Source: Nemertoderma westbladi
Lineage: Eukaryota > Animalia > Xenacoelomorpha
Reading direction: 5' to 3'
Assembly: GCA_032718475.1 (NCBI GenBank)
Contig: JAUCBJ010006281.1
Location: forward strand, 1 to 64,000
Length of the DNA: 64,000 nt
Shown: positions 1 to 11,053 of the stretch, piece after piece
Position numbering within the stretch: the stretch's first letter is position 1
Layout: every line of letters begins with the position of its first letter
Notes under the pieces: generated by a model
Database searches by the model: none
What the model was told of the DNA's origin: nothing
Seen by the model: the letters and a program-made list of their open reading frames with translations, nothing else
Position numbers and translations under genes: made by a program

Positions 1-436
1 GCTAATTACTCAACAACATCTATAATTGGTACTATATTATTATTATTAATAATTTAAATAATAAAACGTGATACTCATGATACATCTGGATTTATGGCAA
101 TAATTACATTAAAACAGATCAAAATAAAGGTTACAATAATTTCTCCACCATACCTCCTCCTACCTACCGAGCTGGTCACTTGCCTGCTTGCCACCAAGCG
201 CAAATAGTATTATTTGCTTAGAAATTAGTTACCTCATGTGTATTATATTCGTGTGTCTGAATCCACATGTGAATTTCACAGGGAACTTTAGCTAACGAAG
301 ATAATTGAGTAATGATGTGAATGTTCAATACTTGATCCGGAATTCTGACCTCAAGGCAAGGGTGGGCTTTACCGGATTATAAACAAGGAAATTGAGATGA
401 AATAAATCATAAAAAAAATGTAATAAAAAAAAAGAG

Positions 437-815
437 ATAGAAACAGGGGATTGAACCTGCCGAACTCCAGAGAAGCATTAAAAGTAGGGGATTGAACCTG
501 CCGAACTCCAGAGAAGCATTAAAAGTAGGGGATTGAACCTGCCGAACTCCAGAGAAGCATTAAAAGTAGGGGATTGAACCTGCCGAACTCCAGATAAGCA
601 TTAAAAGTAGGGGATTGAACCTGGAGAACTCCAGAGAAGCATTAAAAGTAGGGAATTGAACCTGCCGAACTCCAGAGAAGCATTAAAAGTATGTTCTATC
701 TTTTCTTTATGGGTTAGATGAAATTCCTGCAGAGGTATGGAAAATAGGATCGCTAAACAGATTTGTGGGATGTTTGCTGGATGTTGAAAAAAGGGGAAAA
801 CCACCAATATGGAAT
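437..815 (+). mobile_element. Decayed RTE LINE fragment (family B, RT N-terminal region)
   Basis: Aligns by eye to 14577-14760 (ATAGAAACAGGGGA..., TTAGATGAAATTCCTGCAGAGGTATGGAAA, AAAGGGGAAAA-CCACC); frame-broken. Confidence 0.8.
446..691. repeat. 41-bp tandem repeat, 6 copies
   Basis: Unit GGGGATTGAACCTGCCGAACTCCAGAGAAGCATTAAAAGTA, head-to-tail with few substitutions and no spacers. Confidence 0.95.
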
Positions 816-1785
816 ATTTGAAAATTTTGAATCATTCTGTGGGGCGAGTCAAAATTGCGAGCCATCAGTGAATTGTTATATATATAATTATACTATGGGC
901 GTTTTCGAAAACTCTTTGTTGATGAGGGAGTGTGTGTGTCAGTGTCAGTGTCTGTGTCGGAAGCAAGATACAACTAACCATAGTATAATTTAAATTGTCG
1001 CTAAGATGGCTTGCTGATTTTGCTGCACGAAGGCAAGGACTTCTAGAATATTAATTTATACTAATATATAATATTAAAAAAAAATCTATTATATTAATTT
1101 ATGTATAAATTATATTCTAGGATTCCATGACTCTTGAGTATTCTGTTATTCACTCATGTTTTAAAGATTATATTAAGTGATGATTGATTACCCTCTGACA
1201 GTTATATTAACCGAATGCACATCTATCACACTCATGATCCGGATATTATTATTACGATTCATATTGAACTTAAGTTTTCAGAGATAGTCATTAATTAGTG
1301 TTGTAATGAAAGGGTAGGGTATATTAACCTTGAACCATTACATCTAGTTGATTGATAGATTGTATATTCGGGGACTATGCCCATAATTAATTGAGTGATA
1401 ATGAAAACTTTAATCTGGCTATTCTATATAATCAGCACTTTCTCTTTTTTTGGTTGTGAGATTCTTATTATAAAGGAACATCACATCTCACATTTCTTTT
1501 TGAAATTATTATTTAGAATTATTCTATAATTATTAGCATTTGACATTTATTCAATAATTTATCCTTATTAGTACCAGGCAAGGCGTCCTTTTATACAGGC
1601 CATGCAGCCGAGATTTGGGGAAATTAGCGTCGGCTGAAACTTTTTGTATTGCTCACTTCAGTCACAGCGGTACTACCATACTGCTGTAGGCCTACACTGC
1701 AGAGTTTGTGTGTCAGTGCAGCAGTGCTAAAACTAATATTCCTGCTTGTTGTTGTAGTTAGTCTAGCTTGTATTAATTTAACGAA

Positions 1786-1940
1786 GCAGGACCTTATCGC
1801 CCCTGGAACTTTATCGCCCCTATAAATTGCATTTTTGTTAGGAACTTATCGCCTACCAGTTCTGAGTTTTGAGGAACTTATCGCCACTGGGTCTTTATCG
1901 CTCCCCGAGTCTTTACCGCCTGGTCCTTTATCGCCCCTGT
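1786..1940. repeat. Clustered YTTATCGCC motifs, probable subterminal repeats of a DNA transposon end
   Basis: About 7 copies of (C/T)TTA(T/C)CGC(C/T) in 150 bp; transposon origin is inferred. Confidence 0.5.
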
Positions 1941-2108
1941 CATTATATATACATGATACTTTCCACCAACTTTCTCATACTTCCTCTAAGTCACATATTT
2001 TACTGCAGTTATAGTTTACATTTATATTTATACTCATGTAGTTTCAGTTAGAGGAGGCCTACAATTAGATTAGATTTTATATTCAATTCATAGACTAAGC
2101 AGCAGCTT

Positions 2109-2523
2109 ACTACTACTACTACTAGGATCGGCATGCTGCATTGCAGCTGCATTTTTAAGAATGCTGTGCCGGCTTGTCAACAAAATTGCACCGCCACAAC
2201 TCCCTATCACCCATGACATTTGCTAGATCATCCGCATCTTTAAGGCCAGTGTCCTTTAAGATGCGTCTCAAGAAAGTCATGGGCTGTCCACCATGCTTAT
2301 TCACTCCATGAGGCTGCCAAAGTACAAGATTATGCACTGGCTGGTCCTCACGGCGAAAGCAATGTCCTGCAAAGCGGAGGCGATTTTGTTCTAGTGTCCA
2401 GCTTGGGGGAACCAATGAGACACCTCCAATGTTATATAGTGTCTGGTTGGAGATGTGTGCATTGTACTTGACACAATGAACCCGGCGTAGCATTCTTGTG
2501 AATGTGCCATCCAGAGATTTGGT
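2109..2523 (-). mobile_element. 5'-truncated RTE LINE, family A
   Basis: ORF ends LRFAGHCFRR...DKPAQHS; (TAG)n tail; near-identical to 16680-17090; candidate TSD GCAGCTT at 2102-2108 and 2524-2530. Confidence 0.92.
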
Positions 2524-3203
2524 GCAGCTTGATTTAGTGTTAACCCTTTGTTGCACTTGTTGCTTTTAAGCAACCGTTATATTATTAGTCTTATCTCATA
2601 GATAAACCATCAACATCAACCAACCATTACTGCACCTTGCGGCTTATAGTAGGATAATTAAATTATCCAATAAAAACGAAGGGGCTGGGGTGGGAGCTTT
2701 AAATTATGTTGTAAGTTAACATTCAATAATGCTGATAGGAAAATTGTGAATTTTAGTTTATAGGGTGACTTTAGGTCGGCTTTTTTTATTCCTGTGATAA
2801 TTTTATGGTGCCAAAAAAAATATTCACGTTTTTTCTGTACATATATCCTGCATCTGCACATGTATTATTTCAAATTTACAGGTTCGTTTGTAATTCTGAG
2901 GCGCAAAATAAGCCGTGTTGCTTTTAAGCAACAGAGTGCAGTAAAGGTACTGGGAAACAGATCAGAACAGTGAAATTTTAGATTTTCCTTTTGTAGGATG
3001 TAAAAGCCTTTTTGTTTGTCACTTCTAAAGTAAATTCTTGATTGTTATAGAAAGGCATAAAATACAGAGTATATTGTTATTGTGGAAGATCACCCATTGT
3101 GGAGAACAATCATTCCTTTAGGTAACAGAGTGGAAGGGTTTACTTTAGAAGATCACCCAATTTTGTGCTAGCACCACACCACTACTTACGTTCAGAATGA
3201 CGC

Positions 3204-3359
3204 ATTTCAGCTGCATTATATAGGCCTAAATATTACATTTTTGTTAAGAATGCTGTGCCGGCTTGTCTATAAAATTGCGTCTCTACAACTCCCTATCTAT
3301 CACCCATGCCAATTGCTAGATCATCCACCAAGCATCCGCTTTTCAAGGCCAGTGTCCTT
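3204..3359 (-). mobile_element. Diverged 3' fragment of RTE family A
   Basis: TTAAGAATGCTGTGCCGGCTTGTC...AAGGCCAGTGTCCTTT matches 2155-2258. Confidence 0.8.
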
Positions 3360-3360
3360 T

Positions 3361-4262
3361 TAACTATCAGTACGGGGGATGTCATATTGACCCCCTCTAA
3401 ATCAACAAATTTCAACGAAAACGTCTGATTTTTTGTTTGTATGTAGATTTCACTTGTCTAAATCCGACCGAAAAACACTGATACTCTATCTATTGATCAA
3501 TTTGCTTATTTTAAAAAATTTGGACCACAAAAATGATCACCCAATGCCGAAAAATACAAGTGAAAACTACCTCTATACATAACTATTCTACCCGATCGGC
3601 AGCTCGCGGCGACTACTACATACAAACTGCTAGGCTATCCTCCACTCAACGATCTGAGTTTTCAAGGCCCCATTTGGAACAACATTCCCTCAGTCATTCG
3701 GTCCCTAAATACAAAATTAAATTTTAGCAAAAAATTGAAATTCAATTTATTATTATATGTGTTACATACCTTTTAATATGTATTTATTTTTAAAAAATGC
3801 ATTACTTTTTCCTTATGGGCCATTTGGCCATAGTAGAACGAATTGTATTTCCTGATTCAAAACAATATATTATTGTGCCTAGCATATGTATGAATGAGCC
3901 ATGAAGGTTAATTACAAAATTTTAAATTTTAAACCGAAACATATAGAAGCATACTATTCTCGAATCTAGTAGAACCAATTTCCCTTGTACCCCAAACCAC
4001 CCCCCCCTTCCCACGCCCCCCCCCCCCCCCCCCCCCCAATCCTTATCTTCCCACTTGACGCCATCCAATACTTCAATACTGCAGTTGGGCTCCAGTAGCT
4101 ATGCTATTTTCTCAACTTCAGCGGCGTACTTTAACATATTAATTAGCAATTAGGGCGTATGTGCAATTAGTTATGAAGAATCAGAAGAAAGAAGTAAATA
4201 TGTTATGTTATGTTATGGTCATATTCATCCACCCCCCCCCCCCCCCTGGTTTAATAGGTTTA
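3361..4262. mobile_element. Non-autonomous TIR element (piggyBac-like TTAA ends) carrying a CR1/L2 3'-end relic at about 3565-3745
   Basis: Ends TAACTATCAGTACGGGGG / CCCCCTGGTTTAATAGGTTTAA; 3378-3560 is homologous to 42118-43200; internal peptide IHNYSTRS resembles CR1 ORF2 C-termini. Confidence 0.5.
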
Positions 4263-4633
4263 AGAATAAATAACTTTTCCCTTGCTTGGTCTTTCAACTG
4301 CATTTTTCTATTAATTTACTTCTGAAATTTTGTTAAGAAGTTGCCTGCATTCGGAAGAGTATGTGAGTGAATATGACAGTAGGATCATGAATTTGCAAAT
4401 GATGGACCTGCCATTCCTTCCTGAATAACTAGAAAAGGATGCCGAATTGTTAGGTAATAAAATCTAACTTCTGACACTGTAGGTAATATTCATTCAGTCT
4501 ATTATATAAATAAGCGGTATGATAATGACTCATATGTATGTTATGTTTAGATATTTGAGCTTGGTCAGATTACTTATATCATGTTCTTTCAAAAGTATAC
4601 AGTGCTACACTGCAGTGCACATCATTACGTAGT

Positions 4634-4750
4634 GAACCAATTATTGAAATGCAGGAACACTTTCTATAAAACTATTGGCTATCTTATATAAAATTCGCCC
4701 AATGAGACAACTCAATGCTCTCTGTAAATGAAATAAAATAATTTATAAAA
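4634..4750 (+). promoter_or_regulatory. Putative core promoter of GPCR copy 1 (CCAAT boxes plus TATA)
   Basis: ACCAATTAT, CTATTGG (4672), CGCCCAATGAGAC (4696-4708) and TATAAAA (4744) recur in the same order upstream of copy 2. Confidence 0.65.
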
Positions 4751-4849
4751 TATTCCAACCTCGAAGTCCAAATTGGTAAAACTTGACGAAGTACAATTAA
4801 TTTCTAAATAATACTTTAAAATCCCAATCTCAACGGCATTCAAGACAAA

Positions 4850-4928
4850 ATGGATGTAAATTCATCAGAAACGGGGATGATTGAAGTTGCAATGAAACTG
4901 CCGACCTACAAGATTGCATACAGTTTGG
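4850..4928 (+). CDS. GPCR copy 1 exon 1 (N-terminus)
   Basis: MDVNSSETGMIEVAMKLPTYKIAYSL then phase-1 donor GTATGT; paralogous exon of identical length at 37007. Confidence 0.85.
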
Positions 4929-7900
4929 GTATGTTGATATTAGTATCGCTATAATAGTACATGCAGGTCAATGTTAATATATGATTAGTTTAGATTAATT
5001 TTTATTATTACATACATATAATTTTCAGCCACACATCTAGGAAGCTTAGCTGGGCCGCCCTCCTTTTTGCAAAATAACAAACACCTCAGTTGGTGATCAG
5101 CCATGTAAATGCCAATCTATTTATATATATATGATCACTAGTGTCTTACAGCTGTCGTTTCTGGAATGTTAATTGGCTGATCATCACGTTTCCTCGAAGA
5201 TATTTCTTCATTCTAAAAAAAATTATTAGGATGAAGATTGAGTGTTTTGTTCGGCACATAAGAAGATGGTCAGTTTGGAAAGGTCACACGTGAGGCTTTG
5301 ATAGTTTGACAGCGTTCATATACTCCTTCAATAAATTGGTATAATCAATATTTTGACCATTGGTGCCTGTGTGGGTATACTATACAGTTTCATAGGTTTC
5401 GCCTCAAAACTGTGCGAGCCTGCAGATGCAGATAATCTCTAGTTATTTGGGATATAAGGGAGTTGTGGAAGCACAATATTATCGCTAAGCCACAATAGCC
5501 ATTATACATTTATTATAGGAAGGGATCTAGGGGTCTTAACCTCTAAATATAATAACAAAAAAAAAAAAAATACTATAAATAACAATTACCTCGAAAAATA
5601 CAGCTTGCCAACACATTGTTACTATCAATAACAATAGCCATTAGCCATCTTAATGCAGCTGCATTGCAGCATGCTGATTTAGTGTGCCAGCCAAAAACAA
5701 TTAATTTGTAAGGATAAAATCCTGGACCCAAAGCATACTTGATCACACGTAGGCAAAGAAGCATTGAAGATGAAGACCAAAGATTCGCAAGTAAAACATG
5801 TTGATCTATCCTAGTAGCCGTCCATTAATCACGTTCCATTGATTGTTTGGTCTGTGTAGGTGTCATTCACCTCGATTGGAGTTCCATGGTGTAGGCCAAT
5901 GGTTCTATGTTGGTGTATCTCTAGGTAGACGTGAACATTGGCGATTATGATATACTATATATGATATATTTGTTATTGATTTTAAAGTGGCTTGTATTAA
6001 TTATACAGTACTTATGCCGGTTAGGAAATCAACAGGTTACCGACTGAGTTAGTTAGTTAGTGGGACCTAAAGAACAGTTTTGTGGGGTCTTCTCGCAGGG
6101 CAAAGTACCAAAGCCTATCGTACTGGTACAACTATTTCAACCATTGACTAGTTGCTCTCTAGTGGAAGACTGGAGAACTGCTGAGTTCTGAGTTCCCACA
6201 GGCAAATTATATTTCAGACTTTCAACAGACTACATGTGTTCCAAGTTTGGTTTCATTGTATCGAAGATTGACCGAGTTATTATCCTTCAAACATTTGGCG
6301 AAAGATTATGATTGCTGCTCCTTTTTATAATGGTATGGTGCCTTTATAATGGAAAGTTGGAGATGGATGATTCAAATCATAAGATACCTGAATTTCGCGA
6401 AGAAAAAAGTTGGATGTGGAAGTTACACAAACCAAAATTATGGTGTCAATGGTCAGGCCAGGTCCAGAGGCGGCATGGCCCGAAACCTATATCCTACTCT
6501 ATATTTGTTTGTATGCAACAATTTGTATGTTCGTTTTGCTTGGCAGATATGTATGTCTCAATTACTAATTTGCTTTTATTTTTACATAGGAACATCTGGC
6601 ATGTTCATATTGGCAGCTATTGGCACTATTACAAACTTGCTTTCATTTCTGACAATGCGACGAATGCAACCCCAGAATTCCACAACCATTTACTTGCAGT
6701 GTCTTAGCGTTGCTGATTTCCTCTCTCTCATTTGGGATACTGTTGTAACTATTGGTTAGTATTGCTGTACTGGTAGGCTGGGTAATAATCCTTCAGTAAC
6801 TGAACCACACGATCAACAGAATCAGTTGGCAGTGATACTGTTCACCAGATGTTAATAACCTCCAATAAAACCAATTTCGCTAATTCGCTGATGGAAGGAT
6901 CCTTTTGATTTCAAATAACCTTTTCTTCATGACGTTTTAGGAGATAAAGTTTCATTACATCATTAAAAATTGGCAAAACATTAATATTCAATTTAGCAGG
7001 TGCACCAAAAATACAAGGCAGTTAGTTGTAGAGTGTGTCGACTTATCCATTATGTCTCATTGCCAAACTGGGTTATTGATCTTTCGTTTTAAACAAGCTC
7101 TTAACATTGATTCAGTACGCCACTTTACAGCCACGTTGTGCAGCACCTTCACACTTCACAACTACAGCCTACTTCTAAGGCAATGTTAATAAGGCTTCTT
7201 CTTATATGGTTGAAATTTCCCACCTAAACAAACCTCTTTTCGAATATATTAATTTGAAATAGATGACTAAACATGTACGCACACATACACCTTGGCCTAC
7301 ATTAAAAGGGTTGGAAAGATTTGTTAACCTGCGAACCTGTATTAATTTTGTATAATTGTGTAATATTTGCAAAAAGCTAATAATATTTTTTAGGGCTCAT
7401 ATGCTTAGATTTTTTAGTATTGGCAGTCAGTAATACAAAAATCAATTATAATAATTTTTTTCATTTCTACAACAAAATGAGTTTTTTTCGTAATTTCTAA
7501 AGCCCCTGGGGCACCTCAAGACAACTCAAAATCGAAAATATTTCGGATTCCAGTTATAAGTGTCAACTTTTTTTTGCTATTGTGTATTGTAATTTGTAAA
7601 ATCAGTTTTTTTTTCACTCCACCCTACTACTGTTTAGACTAGTTTAAGACGAAATCATATTAAAATATCATACCATATAATCAAACTAACCTTTTATCTA
7701 AAAATGTTTTTATCTAAATCGCTGTGCTTAGAACAATCTATTCCCAATTTATCTGTGATATCCTCTGCAGAGCAATTTTTTTCAGGTCTACAAACTCTTG
7801 GTTATAAAACTGACAAAAGTTCAAGTATTGCTTGTAAATTGATGATGTGGCATAATTGGGCATCTAGCATTGCTGCTGTTTACATACTTGTTGATGTCAG

Positions 7901-10900
7901 CATTGATCGATTTATATACGTTACATTCCCTCTCAAGGTAATAAATATTTAATATTAATATTTAGTGATCAGTTTAATTTTATTAAATACCTAAATTTTA
8001 GGAAATGCTGCTTATCTGACCAAATGCAAAAGCAAGCAGTTGGCCGTAACCAGCAGAGGCGACCAGAAGGTCATCTTTCTATATCTGCCGCCAGTGGGCA
8101 CGACACATATCTCAACTGGTTCTCAATGTGAATTTAATATTTGAATCTAATTTAATATCAATATATAATATAATATTAAGTTCACCAATGATAATACCTT
8201 TTTTAAGACCTAACCCTAACTTTCTAGAGCTATATAACAATGTATAGGCTATTTTTCGCTATTTCTCAACTGTAATGCATATTTTATTTCATATGTGAAA
8301 TCCTTCCACTGTTCCAATGCCACAAGCAAATCACGAAATAGTTGAAGCATAGTTGCGTTGCGTTTTGAGTGGTGCAATATTGTTAATTTGTGGATGTAGA
8401 CCATTTTTCCAACTCTTGTAACAAAAAGAAAGCTAATTATTGTAACCTACCTATTCAAAAATATGCAGGTCAAAACCATCTACTACTGTATATTTCAAAT
8501 TTCATGCGATATATAATTAAAATTTGACGATAAAATGAGGGGTGTGGGGATGTGGTGGTGACAAAATTTAAACCCATTGATAAGTGTTGCGCACTGATAC
8601 TTCTAATATATTTTTGAGGATATAATTGTAAATTATAATCCTTTAATATTATATACTGGTACTTTCAGAGTCCATATATTGCTGAATTAAGATCTAGAGG
8701 GAGCCCAACGGCTCCTCAGCTTATTAGAACAGGCTGCTTCCAGTGTTGGTCTTTTTATTAACTCCAAAAAGAATACAATTTTGACTGTTAATTTTGAAAG
8801 TCCCCAGCAAGTCTCTGACCCGATGAGCATAAGCTCAAAGGATTGTATGCTTGAGCATGTGGACGACTTCTGTTACCTGGGATCATGGATCTGGAAGTCA
8901 GGTGAGGACCTTCGAATACGTAAGGGAAAGGCATGGGCAGACTTGAATAGATTTTATTATTATAGATTATTATTGTTAAATTTTATTTACAGGATTTAGT
9001 TAATAAATTTTTTAGTTTAAAAAATTAATGATATAGAAAATACACATGAAACTTTTTAATTTTTTGTATTTTTTAAATTGAACAATGCATGGGGGTGTAT
9101 AAGGGGGGCTGATGGGTTCCTGGGGCTTATTTTATGAAGCGGGAAGTTTATGAAGGAGAACACAATTATTAATGCATGACTGTTAAATATTATAAAACTG
9201 AATTGCCCCCTTTAACAGAAGAATCGATGCATTCAGGAATCATTTAGTCAGTTAGAGTGGGTGGTAATAACTAAGTCAGTACACGTTTATTGAAATATTT
9301 CATGTGAAATAATTCAAGTCTATGAATTTTTTAAAACCCTAGTGTTAATTATCAATGGAGCGGAACTATATGAACGAGATTAAAGAGCTCAGTTTAAATA
9401 TATATATTTTGGCAGTGTAATGTTCTAGAATAGTAGTAGCAGTAGTCATCACTGCTTAAAAACAGTTAACATACATATTGATGAGGTGTGCACTCACAAG
9501 GTGTACTAACACCATAAATATTAAGTATTAATGTAATATATGAATCAAGCACAAGTTGTATCACTTATCCTATATTCATAATTATATTTCCAGGCGTCTT
9601 CATATTGTACAAAGAAAAATGCTGTGGTAACTTGTGTAATGACATTTTTCGCAATTTATGCCATATCTGCGCCAGTTATATGGGTATTTGATTTGGAAGG
9701 AGGTGATTGCCATGTTAGTAAAATTATTACTATTTCTTGAGCGGTTTGAGGTTCTGTGGATGAGACGCAATACAACATGATCATTGTGACATTCAGATCG
9801 TTTATGGCTAGGATTTCTGGGGTGAACTATAAAAATTTAAACTAATAAATAAAATGAATTCAATAATTATATTTATGCCAATAGTTGTTTTTCAATTTCT
9901 GAACATGAGCTGAGCAAAAGTTATATACAATGCAATAACTTTAAAATTCCTTTAGGTAATTTATAGTTTATGTGTATTTCTACAGTATTTCTTACTATAT
10001 TCCAGTTATTTGTTGTTTATTGCAGGTAAGCTCTCATATAAATGCACTGGGTGCAAAGGTTATAGTGTATTTTTTGGAATTTGGTGTTTCTCTAGGAATT
10101 CCATTTCTTATTATTCTTACTACAAACATAAGTATTATCTACAAGATCAAGAAGAGGTCTTTGAAGCTAAGACAATTGAAAGTTAGTTCATATAAAGTTG
10201 TTAAACATTTGATCTATCAATATCTTTAAAGGTATCATCATAAGTCGAGTTGGAGTTGGTTTTGGGGTTATTATCTGTCTAAAATTAACTGAAGCTCTAC
10301 TAAACTCGGAACCATTACTCTTGAGTAAAAATCGATGTTATGACCCACATTCTGTAAGTGTTGATAAAAAGACATTTACAACTAACAAAATGTTGCTGTC
10401 TATGGGAATTAATGGTTGTGGAATTTCAAAAAAAATATTTAGAACATTATTTTTGGTGTTGATCCCAGATGTCTTTGAATTAGGTATAATATTGGTACAT
10501 CCTATTATTGAATCTCTGGATACATTTTCCACCAAATCAGCCAACAATATCATTATTTTGTCTTTCACATTATCCTCAGATGTAAGTAATATTAAATTCA
10601 TCTTGTACAGTGGGTCTTATTCGAATTAAGCCTAAAAAGCAATACAATTTTCATGGGAACCCTATTCTCCAAATAATTTTATTGGCACCATTTGACTGAT
10701 GCTTTCAGTATATTTCTACTAACATGCTCGGAAATTATAGTTACAACCCTACCTACTTTATATCGTTGCAGGGCCAATCCGTACAGAGCAGTGGTGGTAG
10801 TGATGATACTGGAACAACAATTATGTTGTGCTTCGTTTGCATTTGTTTTCTCATCCTAATCACGACGACTGTTGCATTCGTCACTCTGGGCACTCGAAAT

Positions 10901-11053
10901 TCTCTTACAGCGGAAATGTACGCCCTCAACTACCTTTACAGAGTTATTGGAGAATCTGCTCTCAGCATCAACAGCTGCATCAATTTCTTTCTTTACATCA
11001 TCATGGGGCGCGGATTTAGAAGAACATTTAAGAAAATGTTTGGTTGTTACTAA
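4850..11053 (+). CDS. Class A (rhodopsin-like) GPCR, FMRFamide/sex-peptide/GPR139-142-like group, 317 aa; join(4850..4928,6590..6754,7786..7937,9594..9713,10026..10181,10772..11053)
   Basis: All introns GT..AG with consistent phases (1,1,0,0,0); 954-nt open frame; 7 hydrophobic segments; TM1 GTITN, TM2 LSVAD, TM3 Cys and SIDRF, ECL2 Cys, TM5 IPF..N, TM7 NSCINFFLY, helix 8 GRGFRR; N-terminal sequon NSS. Confidence 0.92.
6590..6754 (+). CDS. GPCR copy 1 exon 2 (TM1-TM2)
   Basis: Acceptor TTTACATAG, donor GTTAGT; GTSGMFILAAIGTITNLL...CLSVADFLSLIWD. Confidence 0.93.
7786..7937 (+). CDS. GPCR copy 1 exon 3 (ECL1-TM3, DRF)
   Basis: Acceptor TTTTTTTCAG, donor GTAATA; ACKLMMWHNWASS...VSIDRFIYVTFPLK. 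Confidence 0.93.
8658..8951 (+). mobile_element. Internal RT fragment of RTE family A in GPCR intron 3
   Basis: VDDFCYLGSWI...DLRIRKGKAW matches the 16719-17912 ORF. Confidence 0.85.
9594..9713 (+). CDS. GPCR copy 1 exon 4 (TM4-ECL2)
   Basis: Acceptor TTTCCAG, donor GTTAGT; ASSYCTKKNAVVTCVMTFFAIYAISAPVIWVFDLEGGDCH; missed by the ORF track. Confidence 0.88.
10026..10181 (+). CDS. GPCR copy 1 exon 5 (TM5-ICL3)
   Basis: Acceptor TTATTGCAG, donor GTTAGT; LGIPFLIILTTNISIIYKIKKR. Confidence 0.9.
10772..11053 (+). CDS. GPCR copy 1 exon 6 (TM6-TM7-helix 8, stop)
   Basis: Acceptor GTTGCAG; TTIMLCFVCICFLIL...INSCINFFLYIIMGRGFRRTF; TAA at 11051-11053; AATAAA at 11364. Confidence 0.93.
   Translation, partial: GQSVQSSGGSDDTGTTIMLCFVCICFLILITTTVAFVTLGTRNSLTAEMYALNYLYRVIGESALSINSCINFFLYIIMGRGFRRTFKKMFGCY

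Noticed and set aside
446-691. CRISPR-like array
   Set aside because: Units are contiguous with no unique spacers, there are no cas genes, the context is eukaryotic, and the unit derives from a LINE.
1601-1645. Possible fourth hammerhead (AGCCGA...TCGGCT-GAAAC)
   Set aside because: No CUGANGA before the stem and no stem I partner; a simple hairpin.
6312-6589. ORF-track N-terminal extensions of GPCR exon 2 (likewise the starts at 7704, 9972 and 10724)
   Set aside because: Intronic read-through; paralogue similarity or receptor-like sequence begins at the AG acceptors.
10321-10629. Overlapping ORFs on both strands in GPCR intron 5
   Set aside because: Not needed for the 7TM model; possibly a LINE relic but too weak to call.
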